Below, piece after piece: positions 1-9,066 of a DNA stretch of 64,000 nt. Made by a program: the position numbers and the translations under genes. The first letter of the stretch is position 1. Every line of letters starts with the position of its first letter. Under the pieces are notes generated by a model that was not told the DNA's origin, searched no databases, and saw nothing but the letters and a program-made list of their open reading frames with translations. The stretch comes from an uncultured Bacilli bacterium. Lineage in GTDB: Bacteria; Bacillota_I; Bacilli_A; RF39; UBA660. Where the stretch lies: contig CAKOIQ010000004.1 of assembly GCA_934086935.1 (NCBI GenBank), positions 8,117 to 72,116 on the forward strand, read 5' to 3'.

Positions 1-579
1 GATTATACTAATGTTGATTTAATTACCGTAACTCCCCATAAATTTTATGGTTTACCTGGAATAGGTATTTTAGTAAAAAAACAAAATGTAAGTTTAAAAC
101 CACAAATTAATGGTGGCAAATCAACTACAATATATCGAAGTGGAACTCCAGATTTAGCATCTATAGTTGCATGTACTAAAGCCTTACATATTGCTTTGGA
201 AAATTTATATTCAAACAATATTTATATAACAAAATTAAATAAGATTATTATTAATAAATTAAAAGAATATAAAAAAATAGTAATTAACAATCGTTCTTCA
301 TCTATTCCTCATATAATAAATTTCAGTATAAAAGGAGTAAAATCATTAGAAATACAAAAATTTTTAGAAGAAAAAGAAATATACGTTTCAACTAAAACAT
401 CATGTTGCCCTATAGAGACACCCTCTAAGTTGGTCTATGCTTTGACCCAAGATAAAGCCTTATCAACATCATCTATCCGTGTTAGTTTATCATCACTAAC
501 CACAGAAGAAGAAGTAAATACTTTTTTAGAAACAATAGATATTTTATATAAGGAGTATGAACAAAATGGAAAAATTTAA
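1..579 (+). CDS. Cysteine desulfurase (class V aminotransferase, NifS/IscS-like), 3' part; 5' end outside window
   Basis: Frame 1 is open from base 1 (DYTNVDLITVTPHKFYGLPGIGILV...), giving the PLP-lysine motif (HK) and a C-terminal Cys loop (TKTSCCP). Track ORF 196..579 is only the part after an internal Met. Confidence 0.7.
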   Translation, partial: DYTNVDLITVTPHKFYGLPGIGILVKKQNVSLKPQINGGKSTTIYRSGTPDLASIVACTKALHIALENLYSNNIYITKLNKIIINKLKEYKKIVINNRSSSIPHIINFSIKGVKSLEIQKFLEEKEIYVSTKTSCCPIETPSKLVYALTQDKALSTSSIRVSLSSLTTEEEVNTFLETIDILYKEYEQNGKI

Positions 580-1396
580 AGAAATAGAACGTTCAATTAT
601 TAAAAAATATCGTAAAGAAATATGGAGCAAATTTGTAAAAGCTGTTCAAGATTATAACTTAATTGAACAAAATGATAATATTATGGTATGCATTAGTGGT
701 GGAAAAGATTCATTTTTATTAGCTAAATGTGTTCAAGAATTAAAACGTCATGGAAAAGTGAATTTTAATGCTCACTATGTTGTAATGGATCCGGGTTATA
801 ATGAATACAATCGTGATTTTATTATTGACAATGCCAAAACTCTTAATGTGCCTATTGAAATTTTTAATAGTAATATCTTTGATGTCGTATCAACAGTAGA
901 ATCTAAAAGTCCTTGTTATTTATGTGCAAGAATGAGAAGAGGTTATTTATATAATAAAGCTAAGGAATTAGGATGTAATAAAATAGCTTTAGGTCACCAT
1001 TTTGATGATGTTATTGAAACAACACTTTTATCGATGTTTTATGGTTCGGAAATAAAAACAATGATGCCAAAGTTACATTCTGATAATTATGAAGGTATTG
1101 AACTTATTCGTCCTCTTTATTTAGTTAAAGAAGCTTCCATAATTTCTTGGAAAAATTACAATGAACTAACTTTTATAAATTGTGCATGTCGCTTTACAGA
1201 AGGATGTTCTTTGATAAACGATGGCACAAGTAAGAGAAAAGAAATGAAAGAACTTATCAAAAACTTAAGAAAGATGAATAAAGACATCGATTATAATATT
1301 TTTAAAGCATTAGATAATATAAATCTAAACTGTGTTCTTGGAACAAAAAAAGATGGAATATATCACAGTTTTTTAGATGATTACGATAAAAAATAA
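566..1396 (+). CDS. PP-loop ATPase, TtcA-family tRNA thiolation enzyme
   Basis: PP-loop CISGGKDS, CxxC (SPCYLCARMRRG), GHHFDD. AGGAG at 551-555 favours ATG 566 over ATG 557. Overlaps the desulfurase stop, as expected for a sulfur-relay pair. Confidence 0.7.
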   Translation: MEKFKEIERSIIKKYRKEIWSKFVKAVQDYNLIEQNDNIMVCISGGKDSFLLAKCVQELKRHGKVNFNAHYVVMDPGYNEYNRDFIIDNAKTLNVPIEIFNSNIFDVVSTVESKSPCYLCARMRRGYLYNKAKELGCNKIALGHHFDDVIETTLLSMFYGSEIKTMMPKLHSDNYEGIELIRPLYLVKEASIISWKNYNELTFINCACRFTEGCSLINDGTSKRKEMKELIKNLRKMNKDIDYNIFKALDNINLNCVLGTKKDGIYHSFLDDYDKK

Positions 1397-1462
1397 AAAT
1401 AATTCATTTCTATTCATATAATTAATATAAATATGATATACTATAACAAAGTAGGTGAGTAT

Positions 1463-1582
1463 ATGGAAAAAATATTATTTATAATACTAACGATATCTAT
1501 TTTAACAATTTTAACTGGTTGTAAAAATAGAATTGAACCATGTCAAGCCGCAAACATAATTCAACAAAATACTTCAAACTAA
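1463..1582 (+). CDS. Small lipoprotein, 39 aa (below ORF-track cut-off)
   Basis: MEKILFIILTISILTILTGCKNRIEPCQAANIIQQNTSN: signal peptide plus lipobox LTGC. RBS AGGTGA 1453-1458. Extended -10 TGaTATACT 1434-1442. Confidence 0.4.
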   Translation: MEKILFIILTISILTILTGCKNRIEPCQAANIIQQNTSN

Positions 1583-1675
1583 ATAATAAAAAGTGTTTGA
1601 TATCTCTGAAAATGCAAAATTTGTAGTAGTATAAAAAGCAAAAATTGGGTATCATAAAAATATAATGGTGGTTTA

Positions 1676-2224
1676 ATGAATTTAATTAGTAATTTCTTAT
1701 TTTTGTTTTTTTTAGGCAGCACTGTCGGTTGGATTATTGAATTATTTTACAGAAGAATAATTCATAAAGAATGGAATAACCCTGGCTTTTTACATGGACC
1801 ATATTTACCAATTTACGGATTTGGATTAAGTTTATTAACTTTAATATACTATGTATTTGATAAGTATAGTTTGCCATCATATTTAACGATAATTACTATG
1901 ACAGCATTTATGATACTTATTGAATTGATAGCTGGCTTAATGTTTTATAATACTCCAAAAAAACTGTGGGATTATAGTAATGAATGGGGAAATTATAAGG
2001 GCGTAATTTGTCCACTATATTCTTTAATATGGGCATTAGTAAGTGTTTTATATTATTTCCTTCTAGGTGACAAAATGTTAAAAATTCTAAGATATATAAC
2101 AATAAATAATAATCCTTGGATTTATATTATGTTACTATGCTTTTATATCATGATATTTATTGATGTAATAAGAAGCTTTAAACATTTAAAAGAATTATGT
2201 AAAGAAATAAGACTCAACCTTTAG
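1676..2224 (+). CDS. Polytopic membrane protein, CmpB/DUF1113-like (putative ABC-transporter type IV family)
   Basis: GWIIELFYRRI...NPGFLHGPYLPIYGFG motif typical of this family, with about 5 TM segments. Confidence 0.55.
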   Translation: MNLISNFLFLFFLGSTVGWIIELFYRRIIHKEWNNPGFLHGPYLPIYGFGLSLLTLIYYVFDKYSLPSYLTIITMTAFMILIELIAGLMFYNTPKKLWDYSNEWGNYKGVICPLYSLIWALVSVLYYFLLGDKMLKILRYITINNNPWIYIMLLCFYIMIFIDVIRSFKHLKELCKEIRLNL

Positions 2225-2237
2225 TTGAGTTTTTTTC
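2212..2237 (+). terminator. Intrinsic terminator
   Basis: actcaac / gttgagt stem with the stop codon in the loop, followed by T7. Confidence 0.6.
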
Positions 2238-2300
2238 AACTAATAATACATATCAATAATTAACTAAATAATTTATACTTGATTCATGAAAGGAGTAACC

Positions 2301-2993
2301 ATGATGAAAAAAATAAAATATTCTAAACTAATAATTATTCTTTTGTTTTTAGTTTTAATTGGAACTAACATATATTTATTAATTAATCGAAATAGTGGCA
2401 CAAAATTATCTGTATTACCAAAACCAGAAGTAACAACTGGATTAAGAGGTGATTTTGGAATCGATAAGAATATAAATGAATCAACTATAGATGAATATTT
2501 AAACAGAACTGATACAGCTTACCGAGATGTTAGAATGTTAAAAGACCCTGCTAATTATGAAAAAATTGGTGGCGATTCATATTTGTCAGGATTTATAAAA
2601 GGGTTTGAAGTAGTACCTTATCCTTATTTAGTAAATGTTACAGGGCTACCAGAAGAAATTGGTAAATCATATCAAGGTAAAACACTATTTACTAACGAAA
2701 ATGGTACATATAAAGCTAATTATAAAGAATCTATGCAAATATTAGAATATTTATTTCCAAAAGACAAAAATATATTTTTAATGTGCGGTGCTGGTGGTTA
2801 TGCTGGCAATACAAAGAAAATGTTAATAGCACTGGGATGGGATGAAAATAAAATCTACAATATTGGTGGTTATTGGTATTATGAAGGAAAAAATAATATA
2901 AAAGTAAAAAATGAATCCCTTACAGAAACAACATATGATTTTTGGAAATTGAATTATCATGATATAGATTTTAGTTCACTTCATAAGGCATAA
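2301..2993 (+). CDS. Membrane-anchored, exported rhodanese-like domain protein
   Basis: N-terminal TM. Rhodanese layout (YRDVRM...GFIKGF...KDKNIFLMCGAGGYAGNTKKMLIALGW...IGGYWYY) with an active-site-loop Cys. AAAGGAG RBS favours ATG 2301. Confidence 0.55.
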   Translation: MMKKIKYSKLIIILLFLVLIGTNIYLLINRNSGTKLSVLPKPEVTTGLRGDFGIDKNINESTIDEYLNRTDTAYRDVRMLKDPANYEKIGGDSYLSGFIKGFEVVPYPYLVNVTGLPEEIGKSYQGKTLFTNENGTYKANYKESMQILEYLFPKDKNIFLMCGAGGYAGNTKKMLIALGWDENKIYNIGGYWYYEGKNNIKVKNESLTETTYDFWKLNYHDIDFSSLHKA

Positions 2994-2994
2994 T

Positions 2995-3438
2995 ATGAAG
3001 AAAAAAGTTTTAATATTTATATTCGTCATAATTTTATTAACTGGATGCAGTAATTCTAATAAATTTTATCTTGATAAAAAGTATTACAATGAAGGAAATT
3101 TTATGCCCACAACTGCTACTACTATAAATGAGTTAAAAGACAAAAAAGAAAGTTTTATAGTTTATACTTATAATAGTTTTTGCAGTTTTCCAATTCCTTG
3201 TGAAGATATTTTTTCAAAAGTATTGAAAAAATATAAAATTGATATCTATTCTTTAAATTTTGAAGAAATGAAAAATACTTTTATTCACGAAGAAGTAAAA
3301 TTTGCTCCATCAATTATCATCATCGAAAACGGTCAAATTGTGGCATATTTGGACGCAGAAAGCGATGCGGATTATGAAATATATCAAGATGAAAATAAAT
3401 TTGATATTTGGCTCAACAACTATATATATCTATCTTAA
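2995..3438 (+). CDS. Lipoprotein, possible thioredoxin-fold domain
   Basis: Lipobox LLTGCS. FIVYTYNSFCSFPIPC ... APSIIIIENGQIVAY resembles a thioredoxin-like beta-alpha-beta core with CxxxxC instead of CxxC. Starts 2 nt after the upstream stop. Confidence 0.35.
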   Translation: MKKKVLIFIFVIILLTGCSNSNKFYLDKKYYNEGNFMPTTATTINELKDKKESFIVYTYNSFCSFPIPCEDIFSKVLKKYKIDIYSLNFEEMKNTFIHEEVKFAPSIIIIENGQIVAYLDAESDADYEIYQDENKFDIWLNNYIYLS

Positions 3439-3464
3439 AGAAGGGTATTAATACTCTTTTTTTC
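3439..3464 (+). terminator. Intrinsic terminator
   Basis: aagggta / tactctt stem (one G-U pair), 4-nt loop, T-run. Confidence 0.55.
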
Positions 3465-3497
3465 GTGCTATAATAATATTTGTCAAGGAATGATTAT

Positions 3498-4193
3498 ATG
3501 AATCAAGAAAAAATAGGAAAAACAATAAAAGAAATACGTACTAAAAATAATTTGACTCAAGCTGAATTTGCTGAAAAATATAATGTATCTTTTCAAGCCG
3601 TAAGTAAATGGGAAAATGGACGAAATCTACCAGATATGTCACTTTTAAAACAAATATGTAATGATTACAATATAGATATAAATAATTTGTTAGATGGCAA
3701 TATCAAAAAATTAAATACTAAAACTATTAAAATTTTAACAATTGCTATTATTACAGTTTTATTTATTTTATTAATAATATTTATTGTAAATAACAAAAAT
3801 AATAATTTTGAATTTAAAACAATAACAGCAAATTGTGACCATTTTAACATAACTGGCAGTATCGCATACAATTATAAAAAATCTTCTATATACATATCAG
3901 ATATAAATTATTGTGGTGGAAATGATAATACTGAATATACAGAAATAGAATGTATACTTTACGAAAATAATAACCTAACCGAAACAAAGATAGACTCAAT
4001 AATTTATAATCAAGAAGAACCTATTTTACTTGAACAATTCTTATCCAATGTAACATTTCACATTGATAATTATATAAGAACATGTCACAATTATAAAGAA
4101 AATTCCCTTTCTTTATTAATAAATGCAACAGACAAAAATGGAAAAATTACAACTTATAAAATCCCTTTATCTTTAAAAGATAATTGTGATTAA
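3498..4193 (+). CDS. Membrane-tethered XRE-family HTH regulator with Cys-rich extracytoplasmic C-terminal domain
   Basis: HTH_3 motif (IKEIRTKNNLTQAEFAEKYNVSFQAVSKWENGRNLP), one TM (ILTIAIITVLFILLIIFIV), six Cys after the TM. Extended -10 TGcTATAAT 3466-3474 places the TSS downstream of track start 3480, so ATG 3498 is preferred. Confidence 0.7.
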   Translation: MNQEKIGKTIKEIRTKNNLTQAEFAEKYNVSFQAVSKWENGRNLPDMSLLKQICNDYNIDINNLLDGNIKKLNTKTIKILTIAIITVLFILLIIFIVNNKNNNFEFKTITANCDHFNITGSIAYNYKKSSIYISDINYCGGNDNTEYTEIECILYENNNLTETKIDSIIYNQEEPILLEQFLSNVTFHIDNYIRTCHNYKENSLSLLINATDKNGKITTYKIPLSLKDNCD

Positions 4194-4245
4194 AATATCC
4201 TTTAACAAAATCATCAATTTTGGTATACTTTAAGAGGTGAAAATA

Positions 4246-5338
4246 ATGGATAAAGCAGCTTTACATAATGAATATTTATTAGTTAATGAAAAAATAACAA
4301 ATCTTGGGAGGTCACTTTGACTTAGAAGATAAAAATACTAGAATTTCTGAATTAGAAACCAAACTACAAGATGAATCTATTTGGTCTAACCCTTCACAAG
4401 CAAATCAAATAAACAATGAACTTATTAATTTAAAAAAATTAGTAAGTAAATTTAATGAATTAAAAAATAACATTCAGACAGCTTTAGATTTATTAGCTTT
4501 ATTAAATGATGATGATCAAAATGAAGTTAATGAATTAGAATTGAATTTACAAAATATTAAATCTGATTACGAAAAATTAGAAACTGAAATGTTATTAAAT
4601 GGAAAATATGATAATTTGGCTTGCTATTTAGAAATTCATCCTGGAGCTGGTGGCACCGAAGCTTGCGACTGGGCTTCAATGCTTTTAAGAATGTATGAAA
4701 TGTTTTGCGATAAAAATGGCTATACATATGAAGAACTCGATTGTCAGAAGGGTGAAGAAGCAGGAATCAAAAGTGTTACACTTAAAATCATGGGATCCTA
4801 TGCATATGGTTACTTTAAAGGAGAACAAGGAGTACACAGATTAGTTAGAATAAGTCCGTTTGACTCCAACGCCAGAAGACACACATCTTTTGCAGCAGTA
4901 ACTGTAATTCCGGAGTTAGACCAATCAACAAATGTTATAATTAAACCTGAAGATATAAGAGTTGACGTTTACAGAAGTAGCGGAAAAGGTGGCCAAGGAG
5001 TTAATACAACAGATTCAGCTGTACGAATTACTCATTTACCAACGGGTATAGTAGTAACTTGTCAAAACGAAAGAAGTCAAATTAAAAATAAAGCCACTGC
5101 GATGTCAGTTCTCACAAGTAAATTAGAACAGCTACTAGAGCAAAATAATGAAAAAGATATCGACAAATTAAAAAATCATATCAATATTGAATTTGGAAGT
5201 CAAATAAGAAACTATACTTTAGAACCATATAAATTAGTAAAAGATGTAAGAACAAATTATGAAGATTATAATGCAGAAGGGGTATTAAATGGTAACTTAC
5301 TTCCATTTATGGAAGCTTATTTAAGAATAAAGAGGTAA
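4246..5338 (+). CDS. prfB: Peptide chain release factor 2, made by programmed +1 frameshift (4246..4317 joined to 4319..5338)
   Basis: ORF0 MDKAALHNEYLLVNEKITNLGRSL ends at in-frame TGA 4318-4320. The +1 frame continues DLEDKN... and carries SPF (RISPFDS) and GGQ (GKGGQGVNTT) motifs. Confidence 0.92.
4306..4321 (+). promoter_or_regulatory. prfB: RF2 autoregulatory frameshift site
   Basis: Internal SD-like GGGAGG (4306-4311), 3 nt, then slippery CTT TGA C (4315-4321). Confidence 0.9.
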
Positions 5339-5340
5339 AA

Positions 5341-6189
5341 ATGAAAAAGTATTTTAATTTAATTATAGGATCCTTAATAATCGCACTTTCCTACAGTTTT
5401 ATATTTATTCCTTACAGGATTGTTTCAAATGGAGTTTTTGGCATAGGAGCTCTATTGAATTTTAAATTTTCAACTGAACCAGCCATATTTATTCTAGTAA
5501 TTAATTTACTATTTTTAATTATTTGTTATATTGTTTCTGGTACAAATCAAGTAAAAAGGTATCTAATGCCAAGTATTATAATTCCAATATTTATATACAT
5601 TTTCGATCAATATAATTCTATTCAATTTATGGAACCAATGGAAACTATTATTGCAGTAATAACCGGTGCATTTATAACAGGATATGGCAATAATATAATT
5701 TATAAAGAAGGATATCAAGTTGGAGGACTAGAAATAATTCAAGATTTAATCCACAGTGTTCAAAAAGTCAGAAATAGAATATTTACTTACATAGTAGAAA
5801 TAATTATATTAATAGCTACATTTTTTATTTTAGATTTTAATTCCATGGTTTATAGTGCTATAACAGTATTTATGATTCATTATTTAGCAACTAAATCAAA
5901 AATTGGTATAAGCTCAGCAAAAACATTTTTTATCATTACAGAAAAAGAAAAAGAAGTAAAAGATTACATTATAAAAGATTTAAATTATGATTATACAGAA
6001 TTTAGTGTTAAAGGCGGATATTCAAATCAAAAAAGCAAAATTATAATGTCAGTAATAGATACTAAGGATTATTATCGTATTAGAGAAGGAATAAGTTTAA
6101 TTGATCAAAATGCTTTTATATCAATAATTGACACTTATGAGACCCTAAATAAAAATGTAACATTAAAACATCAACATAAATTAAAATGA
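5341..6189 (+). CDS. YitT-family membrane protein with C-terminal DUF2179 domain
   Basis: N-terminal IIGSLIIALSYSFIFIPYRIVSNGVFGIG and C-terminal soluble domain (EFSVKGGYSNQKSKIIMSVIDTKDYYRIREGI). Confidence 0.65.
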   Translation: MKKYFNLIIGSLIIALSYSFIFIPYRIVSNGVFGIGALLNFKFSTEPAIFILVINLLFLIICYIVSGTNQVKRYLMPSIIIPIFIYIFDQYNSIQFMEPMETIIAVITGAFITGYGNNIIYKEGYQVGGLEIIQDLIHSVQKVRNRIFTYIVEIIILIATFFILDFNSMVYSAITVFMIHYLATKSKIGISSAKTFFIITEKEKEVKDYIIKDLNYDYTEFSVKGGYSNQKSKIIMSVIDTKDYYRIREGISLIDQNAFISIIDTYETLNKNVTLKHQHKLK

Positions 6190-6209
6190 CATTATTTTGT
6201 CATTTTTTT
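6183..6209 (+). terminator. Intrinsic terminator
   Basis: aaaatgac / gtcatttt 8-bp stem overlapping the stop codon, followed by a T-run. Confidence 0.65.
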
Positions 6210-6222
6210 AATAGAATAAAGT

Positions 6223-6879
6223 ATGAAGAAATTATTAACAATTTTATTAATTATCTGTTTTATTATATTAACAATATTCAAAGTCAAAGCGAATATTACA
6301 ACATTCCCACTAGTTGGAAAAACTATAATTCTAGATAGTGGTCATGGTGGAAAAGACGCCGGAACTATATCTAATAATATTAAAGAAAAAGACATAAATT
6401 TATCTATTGTATATAAATTGAAAAGTGAATTAGAAACCACCGGAGCAGTGGTACTTCTCACCAGAACAGATGACTCAGATTTAAGTAATCCCAACGCAAC
6501 AAGACGCAAAAAAAGTGATTTTGATAATCGGATTGCTTTAATTAATAATTCTAAAGCCGATATATACATTTCAATTCACCAAAATAATTTTTCTAATTCA
6601 AAATATTATGGACCCCAAGTATTTTATTCAAATAAAAATTCTAAAAATGAAAATTTAGCCAAAATAATCCAAACTGATTTAAATAAATTTACAGATACTA
6701 GAAGAAAAGTTAAGATAAGTACTAATACATATATGTATAACAAGTTAAACATACCCGGAGTTTTAATTGAATGTGGTTTTTTATCTAATCCTACAGAATT
6801 GTCAAAATTGACTAATTCTAACTATCAAAAAGAGCTATCATTGGTTATAACTAAATCAATAATTAAATATTTTAATTAA
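6223..6879 (+). CDS. cwlD: N-acetylmuramoyl-L-alanine amidase (Amidase_3), CwlD-like
   Basis: N-terminal TM, ILDSGHGGKDAGT, ...ISIHQN..., ...LIECGFLSN, at CwlD-like size. Confidence 0.65.
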   Translation: MKKLLTILLIICFIILTIFKVKANITTFPLVGKTIILDSGHGGKDAGTISNNIKEKDINLSIVYKLKSELETTGAVVLLTRTDDSDLSNPNATRRKKSDFDNRIALINNSKADIYISIHQNNFSNSKYYGPQVFYSNKNSKNENLAKIIQTDLNKFTDTRRKVKISTNTYMYNKLNIPGVLIECGFLSNPTELSKLTNSNYQKELSLVITKSIIKYFN

Positions 6880-6955
6880 TATTTCACATTTTTTTCATAA
6901 TAAACAAGTATTATTTAAGGGCAATATGTGATATAATTCTATAATAGGTGGAATA

Positions 6956-7885
6956 ATGAAAGTAAAAGTATTTAGAACAATTGATGAGCAAATATTAATA
7001 CTTCAGAATAAAGGCATGATTATAGATGATATTGATCTTGCTAAAGACATTTTGATAAGAGAAAATTATTTCTTTTTAAGTGGATATCGTCATTTATTTT
7101 TTAAAAGCGCAGTCAATAGACAATTTCTTCCGAATACCAATTTTAAAGAGTTGTACGCTGTATTCAACTTTGACAGACAAATAAGAAATATTATTTTTAA
7201 GAATCTACTTATAGTTGAAAATAATATGAAAAGTATATTTTCATATCAATTATCAAAACAATATGGTTATCGTGAAAAGGACTATTTAAAAAGCTCTAAC
7301 TTTACAAATAATCCTGAAAGAAAACGTCAAGTGACTGATTTATTAAAAAAGATGAAAAGACAAATCAGAATTAATGGTTCACAGCATGCTGCTACCAGTC
7401 ATTACATTAATAATTATGGATATGTACCATTATGGGTTGTAGTCAAAGTATTATCTTTCGGAATAGTTAGTGAATTATTTACTATAATGAAAAGAGCAGA
7501 TCAAGAAGCAATATCAGATATTTACAATGTGAGTGTTGAAAATCTTATAACTTATTTACCAATACTTGCTAATTATCGAAATTTATGTGCACATGAAGAC
7601 ATTATGTTTGATCACCGAACTCAAAAGGAAATAGGCGATACTAAGTATCATGCGGCTTTAGATATTCCAATTCTAGATGGGGAATATATCTATGGTAAAG
7701 ATGATTTATTTGCTTTAATAATTATTTTAAAGAGATTATTAAGACCAGATGAATTTAGATTATTAGTTAGTGAATTAAGTTATGAATTAGATATACTTGC
7801 TGGAAAATTACACACAATAAGTGTGAATAAAGTATTGGAAATTATGGGATTTCCAGTAAATTATAAAGATATTTTAAATTATTGA
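6956..7885 (+). CDS. Abi_2 / AbiD-AbiF-like abortive-infection protein (HEPN superfamily)
   Basis: N-terminal ...NYFFLSGYRHLF..., FDRQIRN, central H..YGYVPLWVVVKVLSFG, C-terminal YRNLCAHED (Rx4H, 7577-7594). Own extended -10 TGaTATAAT 6929-6937 and RBS AGGTGG. Confidence 0.7.
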   Translation: MKVKVFRTIDEQILILQNKGMIIDDIDLAKDILIRENYFFLSGYRHLFFKSAVNRQFLPNTNFKELYAVFNFDRQIRNIIFKNLLIVENNMKSIFSYQLSKQYGYREKDYLKSSNFTNNPERKRQVTDLLKKMKRQIRINGSQHAATSHYINNYGYVPLWVVVKVLSFGIVSELFTIMKRADQEAISDIYNVSVENLITYLPILANYRNLCAHEDIMFDHRTQKEIGDTKYHAALDIPILDGEYIYGKDDLFALIIILKRLLRPDEFRLLVSELSYELDILAGKLHTISVNKVLEIMGFPVNYKDILNY

Positions 7886-7894
7886 AGGTGAAAC

Positions 7895-9004
7895 ATGGAA
7901 AAGAAAAGTAGAAATAATAATAGAATAATAATACCAATAATCGTTGTAGTATGTTTATTATTAGGCGCTGGTGGAATGTATTATTTTATTACAGAACATG
8001 GCTTATTTAGTCAGACAGTAGTTAACAAACTAGAAAAAGAAGTAACAATCAATGAGAACGGTATAGCCGATGCAGTTGAAAAATTGTATGACTCAGTTGT
8101 AGTGGTTGGAAGTTATAAAAAAGGAGTTTTACAAAGTAGTGGAACGGGTTTTGTATACAAAGTATCTGGAAATACAGCATATATCTTAACTAATCATCAT
8201 GTTGTATCAGGCTACGAAACAATCAAAGTAAAATTCACAAATGATAAGACATACGATGTTAAAGTTGTAGGATCTGATGAATACGCAGATATCGCTGTAT
8301 TATCAATAGATAAAGATAACATAATACAAGTAGCTGATTTAGGCTCATCAGATAAAGCCAGATTAGGAGACACAGTATTTACAATTGGAGCTCCTCTAGA
8401 ATCAGAATATTCATGGACTGTTACAAGAGGAATACTTAGTGGAAAAGATCGTTTAGTAGAAGTAAACTCAGGAAATAATAATTCAAACAGTTGGGTAATG
8501 AAAGTTATTCAAACAGACGCAGCAATCAATTCCGGAAATTCAGGTGGACCAATTGCTAACTCTAACGGCGAAGTAATCGGAATTACTAATATGAAATTAG
8601 TAAGTAGTGGAGTCGAAGGAATGGGATTTGCTATTCCTATTGAAGATGCTACTAAAGTTGCTGAAACAATTATTAATGATGGAAAAATAGAAAGACCATT
8701 ACTAGGTGTAGGTTTTGTAGACATAACAAATACAAGTGCAATGTATCAATATGGTTTTAGTATCAATTCATCAATTAAAGAAGGTGCTGTAGTAGCATAT
8801 GTTCAAAAAGGAAGTGTAGCAGACAGTGCCGGAATTAAACAAGGAGATGTAATTACAAAATTCGGTGATTACAAAATTAAAAATTCATCATTCTTAAAAT
8901 ACTACCTATATACATATAGTGTTGGTGATAAAGTAAAAGTAACAATAACAAGAGGAACCAATGAAGAAACTTTAACTGTTAAATTAACTGAAAAAGCAAA
9001 TTAA
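7895..9004 (+). CDS. htrA: HtrA/DegP-family serine protease with N-terminal TM and C-terminal PDZ
   Basis: Trypsin-like triad context (TNHHV, DIAVL, GNSGGP) plus PDZ (SVADSAGIKQGDVITKFGD). Confidence 0.85.
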   Translation: MEKKSRNNNRIIIPIIVVVCLLLGAGGMYYFITEHGLFSQTVVNKLEKEVTINENGIADAVEKLYDSVVVVGSYKKGVLQSSGTGFVYKVSGNTAYILTNHHVVSGYETIKVKFTNDKTYDVKVVGSDEYADIAVLSIDKDNIIQVADLGSSDKARLGDTVFTIGAPLESEYSWTVTRGILSGKDRLVEVNSGNNNSNSWVMKVIQTDAAINSGNSGGPIANSNGEVIGITNMKLVSSGVEGMGFAIPIEDATKVAETIINDGKIERPLLGVGFVDITNTSAMYQYGFSINSSIKEGAVVAYVQKGSVADSAGIKQGDVITKFGDYKIKNSSFLKYYLYTYSVGDKVKVTITRGTNEETLTVKLTEKAN

Positions 9005-9031
9005 GATTGACGTTATGTCAATCTTTTTTTC
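9003..9031 (+). terminator. Intrinsic terminator
   Basis: aagattgac / gtcaatctt perfect 9-bp stem, 5-nt loop, T-run. Confidence 0.8.
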
Positions 9032-9066
9032 AAAATATGATATACTAAAAACTAGGAGTGATAACT

